Positions 47,794 to 56,999 are shown, counted from the first letter of the stretch. The stretch is 64,000 nt of DNA from an uncultured delta proteobacterium (GCA_963699755.1 CAVOVB010000003.1:224001-288000); one strand, 5' to 3'. Program-made: numbers and translations. Notes: generated from the letters alone by a model not told the origin.

Positions 47794-49612
47794 CCTTCTC
47801 GCGATCTGCTACGACAGCCCGGCATCGCCCAAGATCAATTTCAAGAAAGGCAACAGGCCGGACGGGTGGGGCTTTGCCTGGTATCCGCGCGATGGCGTAG
47901 GCGCATCGGTCCTCAAGGACCCGCACGTCGAGTACGACATGGCGGTGGCTACCGCGGTGCAGCGCTGGGACCGCTTTCGTTCCAGCGTTTTCATGTGTCA
48001 CAGCGGCACCCATCGCGGCCGCTCGTTCACCGACACCCATCCATTCGTCCGCAGCCACGCCGGGCGCGACTGGATCTTCGCGCACAACGGGGACCTGGGC
48101 CGCAACCTGAACGTGACCCTTCCCCTCGACGAGGGCCTCGGGTTCGAGCCGGTCGGTCACACCGATTCCGAGCACGCGCTCTGCTGGCTCATGGGCCAGG
48201 TGCGAGCGGTCGGCGCGCGGAGCCTCTCGGATGTGGGCTGGCCGACGATTCGGGGCTGGCTTCGGAAACTGAACGAGCTCGGCACCCTCAATGTGATTTG
48301 GAGCGACGGCCTGCACGTGCTCGCCTATCACGATCAGAAGGGCTTCAACGCGCTCCACTATCTTCGACGACTTCCGCCTCCTTCGTCGATCAAGCTGGAG
48401 TCTGACCTCCTCGAGCTCGATTTGTCGAACTCGGTCGACGAGAATCGCACGTTGACCATCGTCTCGACCCACCCACTCTCCGATGAGCCCTGGACGCAGC
48501 TCGCGCCAGGGGAGATGCGGGTCATCAGCCGCGGGCAGCTGATCGAGACCGGAGAGACGATCGTGCCGCAGTCCGCACAGGCCGGCGGGCCCGGCTGGGC
48601 TCAGGCAAAGACGGATGCGCCTCGACAGAAAGTGAGACCATCCGACCATTTTTCCGATTCGATGCCCGCACCCCCGCTTCCGACGCTCGGCGCGAAAAAG
48701 GGTAGTTGGCACACCTACGACATCACCCACGAGACGGTCTACCGCTACGAAACGCCGGTCGAGACCTCCTCTCACACCGTTCGCCTTCAGCCCGTGCGCG
48801 ACCTGACGCAAGACGTCCTGGAGTACAAGCTCGAGATCTCTCCGCCCGGCCAGTCGTTCTCGTACGAGGACGTGTTTGGCAACCACGTGCTGAGCTTTCA
48901 GATCAGCCAGCCCTATACCGAGCTCTGGGTGCGGGCCTATTCGAAGGTCCGAGTTTACCACGTCAACACTCACTCATCTCTGAGGAGCACGAGCATTCCC
49001 CTGATTTGGATGCCCTGGCAGCGTCAGATGATGAACCCTTTCTTGTTGCCGCCGGAGCTTCCGGAAACAGAGCTTCGCGAGCTTTCCGGCTTCGGGATGA
49101 GCTTTGCGGCGCGCCGCTCCTATGATCTACTCGAGTCACTCATCGATCTCAATGAAGCGCTGCACAGGGACTTCAAGTACATCCCCGGTACGACGACGCT
49201 CGAGACCTCCCCGTTCGATGTGTTCCAGGAGCGGCGAGGGGTCTGTCAGGATTTCGCGAACTTGTTCATCTGCCTCGCTCGCTTGCTCGGCGTGCCGGCT
49301 CGCTACCGCGTCGGCTACATCCACACTGGCGCGGCCTACCACAATCAAATTCAATCGGAAGCGTCGCACGCCTGGGCAGAGGTCTACTTGCCCTCGGTGG
49401 GCTGGCGCGGCTTCGACCCGACCAATGGATGCCTGGTCGACCTCGATCACATCCGCGTCGCCACGGGGCGCAACTACCGCGACGCCACTCCGACGGCCGG
49501 GACTCTCTTTGCAGGGGGCCACGGAGAACGGCTCGACGTGTCAGTGCGGGTCACACGGATAGATGAGGCGCAACCGGCCGAAGCGCAGGCGCAGCGACAG
49601 GCGCAGCAATAG
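47774..49612 (+). CDS. Class-II glutamine amidotransferase-like (YafJ/EgtC-type Ntn) domain fused to transglutaminase-like domain
   Basis: GGAG + TTG start (alternative 47759); DGWG, THPF, FAHNG, GHTDSE; then ITHETVYRY, EDVFGN, GVCQDFA, HAWAEVY, FDPTN. Confidence 0.88.
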   Translation: MQQLNSDLLAICYDSPASPKINFKKGNRPDGWGFAWYPRDGVGASVLKDPHVEYDMAVATAVQRWDRFRSSVFMCHSGTHRGRSFTDTHPFVRSHAGRDWIFAHNGDLGRNLNVTLPLDEGLGFEPVGHTDSEHALCWLMGQVRAVGARSLSDVGWPTIRGWLRKLNELGTLNVIWSDGLHVLAYHDQKGFNALHYLRRLPPPSSIKLESDLLELDLSNSVDENRTLTIVSTHPLSDEPWTQLAPGEMRVISRGQLIETGETIVPQSAQAGGPGWAQAKTDAPRQKVRPSDHFSDSMPAPPLPTLGAKKGSWHTYDITHETVYRYETPVETSSHTVRLQPVRDLTQDVLEYKLEISPPGQSFSYEDVFGNHVLSFQISQPYTELWVRAYSKVRVYHVNTHSSLRSTSIPLIWMPWQRQMMNPFLLPPELPETELRELSGFGMSFAARRSYDLLESLIDLNEALHRDFKYIPGTTTLETSPFDVFQERRGVCQDFANLFICLARLLGVPARYRVGYIHTGAAYHNQIQSEASHAWAEVYLPSVGWRGFDPTNGCLVDLDHIRVATGRNYRDATPTAGTLFAGGHGERLDVSVRVTRIDEAQPAEAQAQRQAQQ

Positions 49613-50555
49613 ATCCTCTGCGAAGTAGGGCCCGCCACTCTTCGGCGCTGTGGGAGCACGGGCTCGTGCTGGCGTAGAAATCCCGGAATACCCGCAGGAA
49701 GCGCGCGGGGTCGTTCTGGTGCGGGAAGTGCCCGCTGTTGGTGAAGATCTCAATCCTACTGTCGGGCATGGCAGCGTGAATCTGGTATGCGTGTGCGACC
49801 GGAATCACCCCATCTCGGTCTCCCCAAACCAGAAGCGTCGGCATGTTTCGTGCCAGGTAGCAGCGGTCGAGCATCGTGATCGCCTGCCCGCGCCAGTCGA
49901 CGGCTGCGCGGAGCGTGCGCACGAAGGCTCTGCGCGACGCCGCGTTCGGCAGCGCATCGAAGACTCGGGTGAGTTGCTCGGCGTCGTGGCCGACTTTCGT
50001 CTTCAGGGCTTTGAGGAGCGCAAACGCGACTTGGCCGATCGCCCGTGCGCCCGGCGCGCCGAGAAGAGGCAAGACGAGGTCTGCATTGGGGGCTGAGGCG
50101 AATCGGAGCGCTGGATGCACCTCATGGCTGACTCCCCCGGTGCTGACCAGAACCAAGCGCTCGCAGCGTTCGGGGAATTGATAGGCAAACTGCATGGCGA
50201 CGCCGCCGCCGAGAGAGTGTCCGACGACCGTGACGCGGTCGATGTCGAGCACGCTCAACAGGTCGCGCATGGCATTGGCATAGGCGCCGATCGAGTAGTC
50301 TGCCCGCGGCTTGTCGGACTTGCCGTGCCCGAGGAGGTCGGGCGCAATGACGGTATGGTCTCGGGCGAGGTCCGGAATGAGGTCGCGCCAGCTCTCGGAG
50401 CTGTCGCCGATCCCGTGAATCAGCAGAACCGCGGGGCCCTGTCCGGTGAGGATGAACGCGCGGTGATAGCCGTGAATCGTTCGGTACTGAATCCCCGCGT
50501 GAGCTGAAGCTCGGGTCGCGCGCAGCTGAACAGGAAACCGAATGACGTTTCTCAC
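49551..50555 (-). CDS. Alpha/beta-fold hydrolase (start uncertain)
   Basis: LLIHGIG, PDLLGHGKSDKP, GHSLGG, WGDRDGVIP, SGHFPH. Confidence 0.92.
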   Translation of the reverse strand: MRNVIRFPVQLRATRASAHAGIQYRTIHGYHRAFILTGQGPAVLLIHGIGDSSESWRDLIPDLARDHTVIAPDLLGHGKSDKPRADYSIGAYANAMRDLLSVLDIDRVTVVGHSLGGGVAMQFAYQFPERCERLVLVSTGGVSHEVHPALRFASAPNADLVLPLLGAPGARAIGQVAFALLKALKTKVGHDAEQLTRVFDALPNAASRRAFVRTLRAAVDWRGQAITMLDRCYLARNMPTLLVWGDRDGVIPVAHAYQIHAAMPDSRIEIFTNSGHFPHQNDPARFLRVFRDFYASTSPCSHSAEEWRALLRRGSIAAPVAAPALRPVAPHLSV

Positions 50556-50689
50556 GAAGGCGAGAATATCGTCGCAGGCAGCGTTTCGCACCTCCCAAGG
50601 ACGCGATTCGGACGATGTTGCGGCGCAGACATGCGCATGAAACCAAATAGAAATCACGATCGCTCGAGAAACCTGCTACTCCGGATTCG

Positions 50690-51571
50690 ATGAAGATCGA
50701 GGTCGACCATTTGACCGAATATCGCTACGAGCGACCGGTTGGCTTCGGCGAGCATTCGCTGTACCTCCGACCGCGCGAGAGTCAGACGGTTCACGTCGCC
50801 TCGTTCGCGCTCGAATGCTCCCCAGTCGCCAAGATTCGTTGGGTCCGTGACTGTTTCAACAACGTCGTTGCCGTTGCGAGCTTTGGCGCGGCCCAGGCGT
50901 CCTTGCTCTCGTTCCACTGTCGGATGGCGTTCGACGTGGTCGAGGAGAATCCGTTCGATTTCATCCTGGAAGCGCGCGCCCATGACTTTCCCTTCAGCTA
51001 CGACGATCGAGAGAAGAGCGCGCTCCGACCGTACCTCGAGCCCGACGAGTCGGCGCGCTGGAGGGTGCTCGATTGGGTCCGCGCAACGACCGGCCTCTCC
51101 GCAGAGAGCAGAAATACGATTTCGTTCCTGACTGACCTCAACCTCGCCATCTATCGGAACATCGCCTACGAGCGTCGCGACGAGGAAGGCACGCAGAGCG
51201 CAAACCAAACACTCGAGCGTGGCACGGGGTCTTGCCGCGACATGGCTGAGCTCCTCGTCGCCATCAGTCGGCAGCTCGGTCTCGCCGCCCGCTTCGTCAG
51301 TGGATATCTTTACGAGCCTCAGCCTCCGGACGGGACCCTTGGGTTCAACCGCGCTGCTGGCTCGATGCACGCCTGGGCCGAGGTATATCTCCCGGGCGCG
51401 GGGTGGCGTGGGTTCGACCCGACGAACGGGATTCTGACCGACCACCGCTTCCTGACCTCCGCGGTGGCGAACCAGCCCGACTGGGTGAATCCGATCCAGG
51501 GGCAGTATTTCCATGCCGGAGGGGTTCGCTCGCAGATGAGCGTGAGACTGCAGGTCACGGGGGGGCTTTGA
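50690..51571 (+). CDS. Transglutaminase-like protein
   Basis: HLTEYRY, RDCFNN, GSCRDMA, ARFVSGY, HAWAEVYLPGAGWRGFDPTN. Confidence 0.93.
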   Translation: MKIEVDHLTEYRYERPVGFGEHSLYLRPRESQTVHVASFALECSPVAKIRWVRDCFNNVVAVASFGAAQASLLSFHCRMAFDVVEENPFDFILEARAHDFPFSYDDREKSALRPYLEPDESARWRVLDWVRATTGLSAESRNTISFLTDLNLAIYRNIAYERRDEEGTQSANQTLERGTGSCRDMAELLVAISRQLGLAARFVSGYLYEPQPPDGTLGFNRAAGSMHAWAEVYLPGAGWRGFDPTNGILTDHRFLTSAVANQPDWVNPIQGQYFHAGGVRSQMSVRLQVTGGL

Positions 51572-53682
51572 ACGAAAAGGTCGTGGAGCTCGCACACGCC
51601 GTCGAATCCCTCCTCGAAAAGCAGGGGTTTTCGCTCACGATGGGCGGAGAGCCCACCTTCATCCCTGGAGACCCCGACGCGCCGGAATGGAATCAAGAAG
51701 CGCTTGGGCCCGAGAAGCTCGGCTACGCCAGGCGACTCGCCTCCCGCTTGCTCGAAGAGCTCTATCGGGGGGGGCTGGTCATGCAGGTGTACGGGAAGCA
51801 GTACCCTGGCGAGCCGCTTCCGCGATGGGTCGTGCTGACCTTGCATCGCGATGACGGCGTTCCCTTCTGGAGTCATCCAGGAATTCTCCTCCTCGACGAT
51901 GCTTCCGCTTCCAACACCGCCGACGATGCGCGGCGCCTGATGGAAGCGATCGCCGAACGCTTAGGGCTAGGTCCGTGCGTGATGCCCTGCGTCGAGAAAG
52001 ACGCCCTCGCGTTTCCGCATGGTTGGGCGCTTCCGCTCGACCGCAGTGAGGCGGGCTGGGTCTCTGATGACTGGCCCTTCTCGGAAACCGAGCCGATCGT
52101 TGCGGTTCCCGGGAAAAGCCCGCTTGGCTTACGCTTGCCGCTGGGCGAGCTAGACGAGCATCATCTTCGTCGAGTGCTCACGCTGGAGGTCAACGATGGA
52201 GAGCTTCATCTCTTCATCCCGCCACTCCAATTCGAGGCGTTTGCCGCGCTGGTGCAGATCATCGAGCGCGTTGCGGTGACGGAGGGAACGAGCGGTCTCG
52301 TGATTTGCGGGTACGGGCCTACTCAGGCGCCAGCGGTCACGGCGCTCGGGCTTGCGGCGGATCCGGGCGTGCTCGAGGTGAACCTGCCGCCAACCCGTTC
52401 CTGGCAGGAATACGATCGAATCCTCCGGCGGATCACGAGGGCCGCTCGGCAGGAGGGGCTCTATCCCCACCGCTATCATCTGAACGGCCAGGTTCAGGGC
52501 ACCGGCGGTGGGGCACACCTGCTCTTCGGCGGCCCAAGTCTCGACGAGAATCCCTTCTTCCAGCGCCCGGACCTGCTCAGCAGCATCATCCGTTATTGGC
52601 AGAGGCACCCCGCGCTTTCGTATTTCTTCTCGGGCCAATACGTGGGCCCGGGCTCGCAGGCGCCTCGGGCCGACGAGACCGTGATGGGAAAGCTTTACGA
52701 GCTCGAGACCGCCTGCTTGGGCGTCGACTCATTGAAGGAGCCTCCCGATCGCGATTTCTTCGATCGCTTGTTTCGCAACTTGATGACCGACAGTGGTGGC
52801 AACACGCATCGCGCCGAGATCTGCCTCGACAAGCTTTGGAACGTCGACTCCCCCACCGGCCTCCAGGGCTTGATCGAGCTGCGCGCGTTCGAAACGATGC
52901 CGGATGTCGGCCAGCAGTCGCTCGCGGCGCTCTTCGTGCGTGCTATCCTGGCCATGCTTGCGGAGAACCCGTGCCAAGAGCCGCTCGTACGCAGAGGCGC
53001 GAGGCTTCATGACGCGTACATGCTCCCGAACCTGCTCCTGCAAGACCTGAGAGCGATCTGCGTGGACCTTGGTGTTGCCGGGCTCTGCTTTGATCCCGCT
53101 TGGTGGGAGCCGCTTCTCGACGAGCGTTTTCCCGTTCTCGGACGCATGCGGCTCGAAGGGGGCGAGGTGCTCGTCCGGCAAGCGCTCGAGCCTTGGCCGC
53201 TGATGGCTGAGATCGCCGATGGGGGCACCACTTCTCGAGTCGTGGACAACTCGACCGACCGCATCGAGATCTCCGTTGCGAACCCGGCTGCTCTTACGGA
53301 GCGCCGCATCCTCGTCAATGGGGTAGCATTGGCAATGCGCGAGGTGGACGGAATGCTCGTCGCGGGCGTGCGGTACAAATCAGCGATCGGTTGGCCTGCG
53401 TTCCATCCACACATCCCAGCGCAATCACCTCTGCAGATCGAAGTCGTCGATGGCGTGAAGCAGGTGCTTTGCTCGAGCCAATACTATTTCTGGAATCCAG
53501 ATGGTCCGCTCTACGACGGCCGGCCAGGCGATCTTGCTGAGGCGCGGGAACGTCAGAAGGCGAGATGGCGCCCGTCGAACGAGCATCTCGGGAAGACGCG
53601 CGTCCCCCGCGAGCCGATCTACGCTGCGGAGAACCATTACACGCTCGACCTTCGCCGACAGCTGGCCGAGCCTAGCGGCTAG
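51568..53682 (+). CDS. DUF2126-type putative amidoligase
   Basis: TTGA overlap; LTMGGEPTF, GKQYPGEPLPRW, DPGVLEVN, GTGGGAH, HPALSYFFSG, SQAPRADE, GNTHRAEIC, IELRAFE. Confidence 0.88.
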   Translation: MNEKVVELAHAVESLLEKQGFSLTMGGEPTFIPGDPDAPEWNQEALGPEKLGYARRLASRLLEELYRGGLVMQVYGKQYPGEPLPRWVVLTLHRDDGVPFWSHPGILLLDDASASNTADDARRLMEAIAERLGLGPCVMPCVEKDALAFPHGWALPLDRSEAGWVSDDWPFSETEPIVAVPGKSPLGLRLPLGELDEHHLRRVLTLEVNDGELHLFIPPLQFEAFAALVQIIERVAVTEGTSGLVICGYGPTQAPAVTALGLAADPGVLEVNLPPTRSWQEYDRILRRITRAARQEGLYPHRYHLNGQVQGTGGGAHLLFGGPSLDENPFFQRPDLLSSIIRYWQRHPALSYFFSGQYVGPGSQAPRADETVMGKLYELETACLGVDSLKEPPDRDFFDRLFRNLMTDSGGNTHRAEICLDKLWNVDSPTGLQGLIELRAFETMPDVGQQSLAALFVRAILAMLAENPCQEPLVRRGARLHDAYMLPNLLLQDLRAICVDLGVAGLCFDPAWWEPLLDERFPVLGRMRLEGGEVLVRQALEPWPLMAEIADGGTTSRVVDNSTDRIEISVANPAALTERRILVNGVALAMREVDGMLVAGVRYKSAIGWPAFHPHIPAQSPLQIEVVDGVKQVLCSSQYYFWNPDGPLYDGRPGDLAEARERQKARWRPSNEHLGKTRVPREPIYAAENHYTLDLRRQLAEPSG

Positions 53683-54434
53683 GCGTCGACCAATCGAACG
53701 GAGGGGGAGGGCAGAGGCAACTTTGGCAGCTGGATGAAAGCTGCCTTGAGGCTGTCCTGCCAGGCACGTCGGAGCTCGCGCAGGTAGTCGTCGTCCTCGC
53801 CAAAGGTCACCTGGCTCCCTGACCGCTGGGTACCGGCCGAATAGAGCAAGAGGTCGATCGGCGGTCCGACGCTCGCGTTGCTTCGCATGGTGGAGTCCAT
53901 CGAAACGAGGGCGCAACGGCCGGCGAGCTCGAGGCTGAGCTTGTGCTCGATAATGCGGTCGAGGATCGGCTTACCGTACTTGTCTTCGCCGATCTGGAGA
54001 AAAGGGGAGTGGCGGGAAACTGGGATGTAATTGCCTTCGGGGTAAATCAAGAGGATCGAATGCAATCCGCCTTGGATCTGCCCGCCCAAAATGAAGCTTG
54101 CCCCAGCGCGGAACTGTTCGTCTTTCACGCGCTTGCTGTGCTTCTGCTGTTCTTCGCGGCTGAGCTGGCCGATGTAGTCGGCCGCGTCGGTCAGGTGCTT
54201 CACCGTATTCAAGCTGAGCTTGGCCCCATCCTGGATGTCGTGCCGGAGGCGGGTCACCACTGCACGGCTCGTCGCAAGATTGCCGGCGCTGAGCAGAGTG
54301 AAGAACCGCGTCCCGTCGCCCCCAAAGGTGTGCATCTTTGCGTAGGTGCTGATGTGGTCGACGCCTGCGTTCGTGCGGGAGTCGGAGACGAAAACGAGCC
54401 CTTCATCGACTTTGACTGCGACACAATAGGTCAT
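53679..54434 (-). CDS. anbu: Proteasome-type Ntn protease (Anbu)
   Basis: MTYCVA...SDSRTNAGVD, SAGNLAT, IYPEGN, QIGEDKYGKPILDR, SMDSTMRSNASVGPPID. Confidence 0.95.
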   Translation of the reverse strand: MTYCVAVKVDEGLVFVSDSRTNAGVDHISTYAKMHTFGGDGTRFFTLLSAGNLATSRAVVTRLRHDIQDGAKLSLNTVKHLTDAADYIGQLSREEQQKHSKRVKDEQFRAGASFILGGQIQGGLHSILLIYPEGNYIPVSRHSPFLQIGEDKYGKPILDRIIEHKLSLELAGRCALVSMDSTMRSNASVGPPIDLLLYSAGTQRSGSQVTFGEDDDYLRELRRAWQDSLKAAFIQLPKLPLPSPSVRLVDA

Positions 54435-54441
54435 CTACGGG

Positions 54442-54470
54442 AAGCTACGGGAGCAGCGCCGCTGGGTCAA
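54442..54470 (-). promoter_or_regulatory. Putative sigma70 promoter giving a leaderless anbu mRNA
   Basis: Minus strand TTGACC-N17-TAGCTT-N7-ATG. Confidence 0.6.
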
Positions 54471-54524
54471 CCGTTGCAGAATGCCTCCGAATGCCCGAAA
54501 GTAGCCGCCGGAGAACAAACGCAC

Positions 54525-55334
54525 ATGATTTTGGATCGCTTCAAAGTAGACGGCCGCGTAGCCGTAGTGACAGGCGCCGGTCGCGGTATCGGCCGTGGGG
54601 TTTCGATCGCTCTAGCCGAGGCGGGTGCCAATGTCGTGCTGGCGGCGCGGCGCGAGCATACCCTCCAAGAAGTCGCTGGGATCATCGAGCAGAACGGCGG
54701 ACGCGCTCTGGTGGTGCCGACCGACGTCCTGGTTCCCGAGCAGCTCGACCGGCTCGTCGAGCGCGCGCTCGCGGAGTTCGGCGGCGTGGATTTCTTGGTG
54801 AACAACGCTGGGGGCACGCTCCCTGGACCGGCATTGCAGTGCACCGATGCGGAGCTCGACAAGGCATTCCACTTCAACGTGACGACCGCGTTCCACATGT
54901 CCCGCGCCTTGGCGCCTTCGATGGCGGAGCGCGGCCACGGCGCCATCGTGAACATCACTTCTGGGCTTTCCCACTTGGTCGACCATGGTTTCGTGGCATA
55001 TGGCACCGCCAAAGCCGCGATGTCGCACATGACTCGTCTCCTCGCGCACGAGTGGGCGCCGCACGTTCGCGTCAACGCGATCGCGGTCGGTGCGACCCAA
55101 ACCGATGCGTTGGCAATGGTGACCGCCGACAAATCGCTTGCCGGGCAGATGATCGAGCTCACGCCCATGCGTCGACTCGGGACCGTCGAGGACATTGGCG
55201 CGGCTGCGCTGTACCTTCTTTCGGACGCCGGTAGCTGGGTGACCGGGAAGGTTCTCGAAGTCGATGGAGGGACGGTCGATTCCAACTGGCCGTTCGCCAT
55301 GCCCAGCGGGCTCCGCGGTCCCAAAGGCGCCTGA
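54525..55334 (+). CDS. Classical SDR oxidoreductase
   Basis: GGAGA RBS; TGAGRGIG, NNAG, YGTAK, VRVNAI. Confidence 0.95.
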   Translation: MILDRFKVDGRVAVVTGAGRGIGRGVSIALAEAGANVVLAARREHTLQEVAGIIEQNGGRALVVPTDVLVPEQLDRLVERALAEFGGVDFLVNNAGGTLPGPALQCTDAELDKAFHFNVTTAFHMSRALAPSMAERGHGAIVNITSGLSHLVDHGFVAYGTAKAAMSHMTRLLAHEWAPHVRVNAIAVGATQTDALAMVTADKSLAGQMIELTPMRRLGTVEDIGAAALYLLSDAGSWVTGKVLEVDGGTVDSNWPFAMPSGLRGPKGA

Positions 55335-55337
55335 GCC

Positions 55338-56396
55338 ATGAAGTCTGCCCGCATCGACGCGTTTTCCGACGACCCGAGCGCCGTCGAGGTTCGCGACGTT
55401 CCCGTGCCGAGACCGGGGCCAGGCCAGGTGCTCGTCCGCATGCGAATGGCGCCCATCAACCCCTCGGATTTCAACTACATGGATGGGATCTACGAACGCT
55501 CTTTTGCGCGCTTGATCTGGAACCGCGGGGTGGAGCGGCCGACCGATAGCCCAGGCTCTTCGGAGCCATTTCCGCGGCCGCCCTATGCGCTAGGCGTAGA
55601 AGGGGTCGGTCTCGTCGAAGAGTCCGGTGGTGGTTTGTTGGGCAGGCGCCTGGTCGGCAGACGCGTTGCGGTGGTCAGCGGGCCGCCCAACGGGACATGG
55701 CAAGAGCAGACGCTCATCGATACGCGCCGTGCGTTTCCAGTGCCGCGGTCGCTCAGCGATGCACAGGCCTGCTCTTTCTTCGTCAATCCACTGACCGCGC
55801 TCGTTCTGGTGCGACACGTGCTCAAGGTTCCGCGCGGCTCCGTGCTTCTGCAGACCGCGGCTGGGTCTGCGCTCTCGCAGATGATCCGGAACTTGGCGCG
55901 AGCCGACGGCTTTCGCGTGATCGACGTGGTGCGGAGCCGGGCCGGTGCGGAGCGCTTGAAGCAAGGGAACAGCAAGTATGTCATCGCCCTCGAAGACGAG
56001 GAGTTGCTCGAAGCCGTTCACCGCATCGCTCCTGCAGGCGTCGACTACGTTCTCGATTGCGTCGGCGGAGCGACCGGCTCTGAAGCGCTGCGAGCGCTGG
56101 CACCGCGCGGACGAATGGTTTGCTACGGGACGCTGAGCCGCGAACCGATCTCCCTGCCGCCGCGCGACATCATGATGCCGATGACTAGCGTCGAAGGGTT
56201 CTACTTGTCTGCGTATCTCGGCAGACGAACGCTCCTCCAGCGCCTGCGGCTGGTACGCAGCACCGCCAAGCTGATCGAAAGCGATGTGCTCGCCACCCCG
56301 GTCGAACAGACGTACCGGCTCGATGAGCTCCGGGCTGCGCTCGAGCACGCGCGGAGGCCCGGGCGAGCCGGTAAGATTCTCCTCGACCTCAGCTGA
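55338..56396 (+). CDS. MDR-family (quinone/enoyl reductase-like) oxidoreductase
   Basis: APINPSD, GVEGVG, FVNPLTA, QTAAGS, DCVGG, GKILL. Confidence 0.9.
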   Translation: MKSARIDAFSDDPSAVEVRDVPVPRPGPGQVLVRMRMAPINPSDFNYMDGIYERSFARLIWNRGVERPTDSPGSSEPFPRPPYALGVEGVGLVEESGGGLLGRRLVGRRVAVVSGPPNGTWQEQTLIDTRRAFPVPRSLSDAQACSFFVNPLTALVLVRHVLKVPRGSVLLQTAAGSALSQMIRNLARADGFRVIDVVRSRAGAERLKQGNSKYVIALEDEELLEAVHRIAPAGVDYVLDCVGGATGSEALRALAPRGRMVCYGTLSREPISLPPRDIMMPMTSVEGFYLSAYLGRRTLLQRLRLVRSTAKLIESDVLATPVEQTYRLDELRAALEHARRPGRAGKILLDLS

Positions 56397-56508
56397 GCCC
56401 CGAGTCCACTGGTTTCAGGCACTTAAGTGGAGTGAGACAAGGGTCAGCCAAGGGGGCGAGGAGGGACTTGCACGAGCGCGGCGAGGCGTGCAGTTTGCGA
56501 CCCGAGAA

Positions 56509-56964
56509 ATGAAGCCACTCATCGTCGTTTGTACGGACTTCTCTCCGAGCTCCGACCTCGCGCTCGAGCGGGCCGCGGGCATCGCGGGACGCGATGGCGC
56601 TCGCGTCTTCATCATCCACATTTACGATCCCAAGAGCGTGAGGGGACCGGGCGCTCGTCCAGTCTTGGAAGGCGATCGCCAGGCATGGGACGAGGGTTCG
56701 ATGCAGCAACTCAAGGAAGCTCGCCATCACTTCTTCGGGGACCTCGCCGATACCGATGTGCAATACGATGCCATCCCGAGTGCCCATCCGTCGATTGAGA
56801 TTTGCAGAGTCGCAAAAGAGACGGGGGCGAGCCTCATCGTGCTGGGTTCGCATGGGCGAAAGGGAGTCCTGCGCCGCCTGCTCGGTAGCGTGGCCGAGGC
56901 TACGGTACGCCATGCACCTTGCAGCGTGTTCGTCGTTCGCGAGCCGGCGGAAGCTGCTGTGTAG
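56509..56964 (+). CDS. Universal stress protein
   Basis: IVVCTDFS, LIVLGSHGRKG...LGSVAE...HAPCSVFVV. Confidence 0.95.
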   Translation: MKPLIVVCTDFSPSSDLALERAAGIAGRDGARVFIIHIYDPKSVRGPGARPVLEGDRQAWDEGSMQQLKEARHHFFGDLADTDVQYDAIPSAHPSIEICRVAKETGASLIVLGSHGRKGVLRRLLGSVAEATVRHAPCSVFVVREPAEAAV

Positions 56965-56999
56965 CAGGCCGGCGACGCGCGAGATACCCTTTGTCGCTC

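Noticed and set aside
47790..47900. GTGA-coupled start after alpha-E implying a frameshifted pseudogene
   Set aside because: That frame closes at 47900 with no motifs, whereas TTG 47774 has an RBS and reads through all GATase-like motifs.
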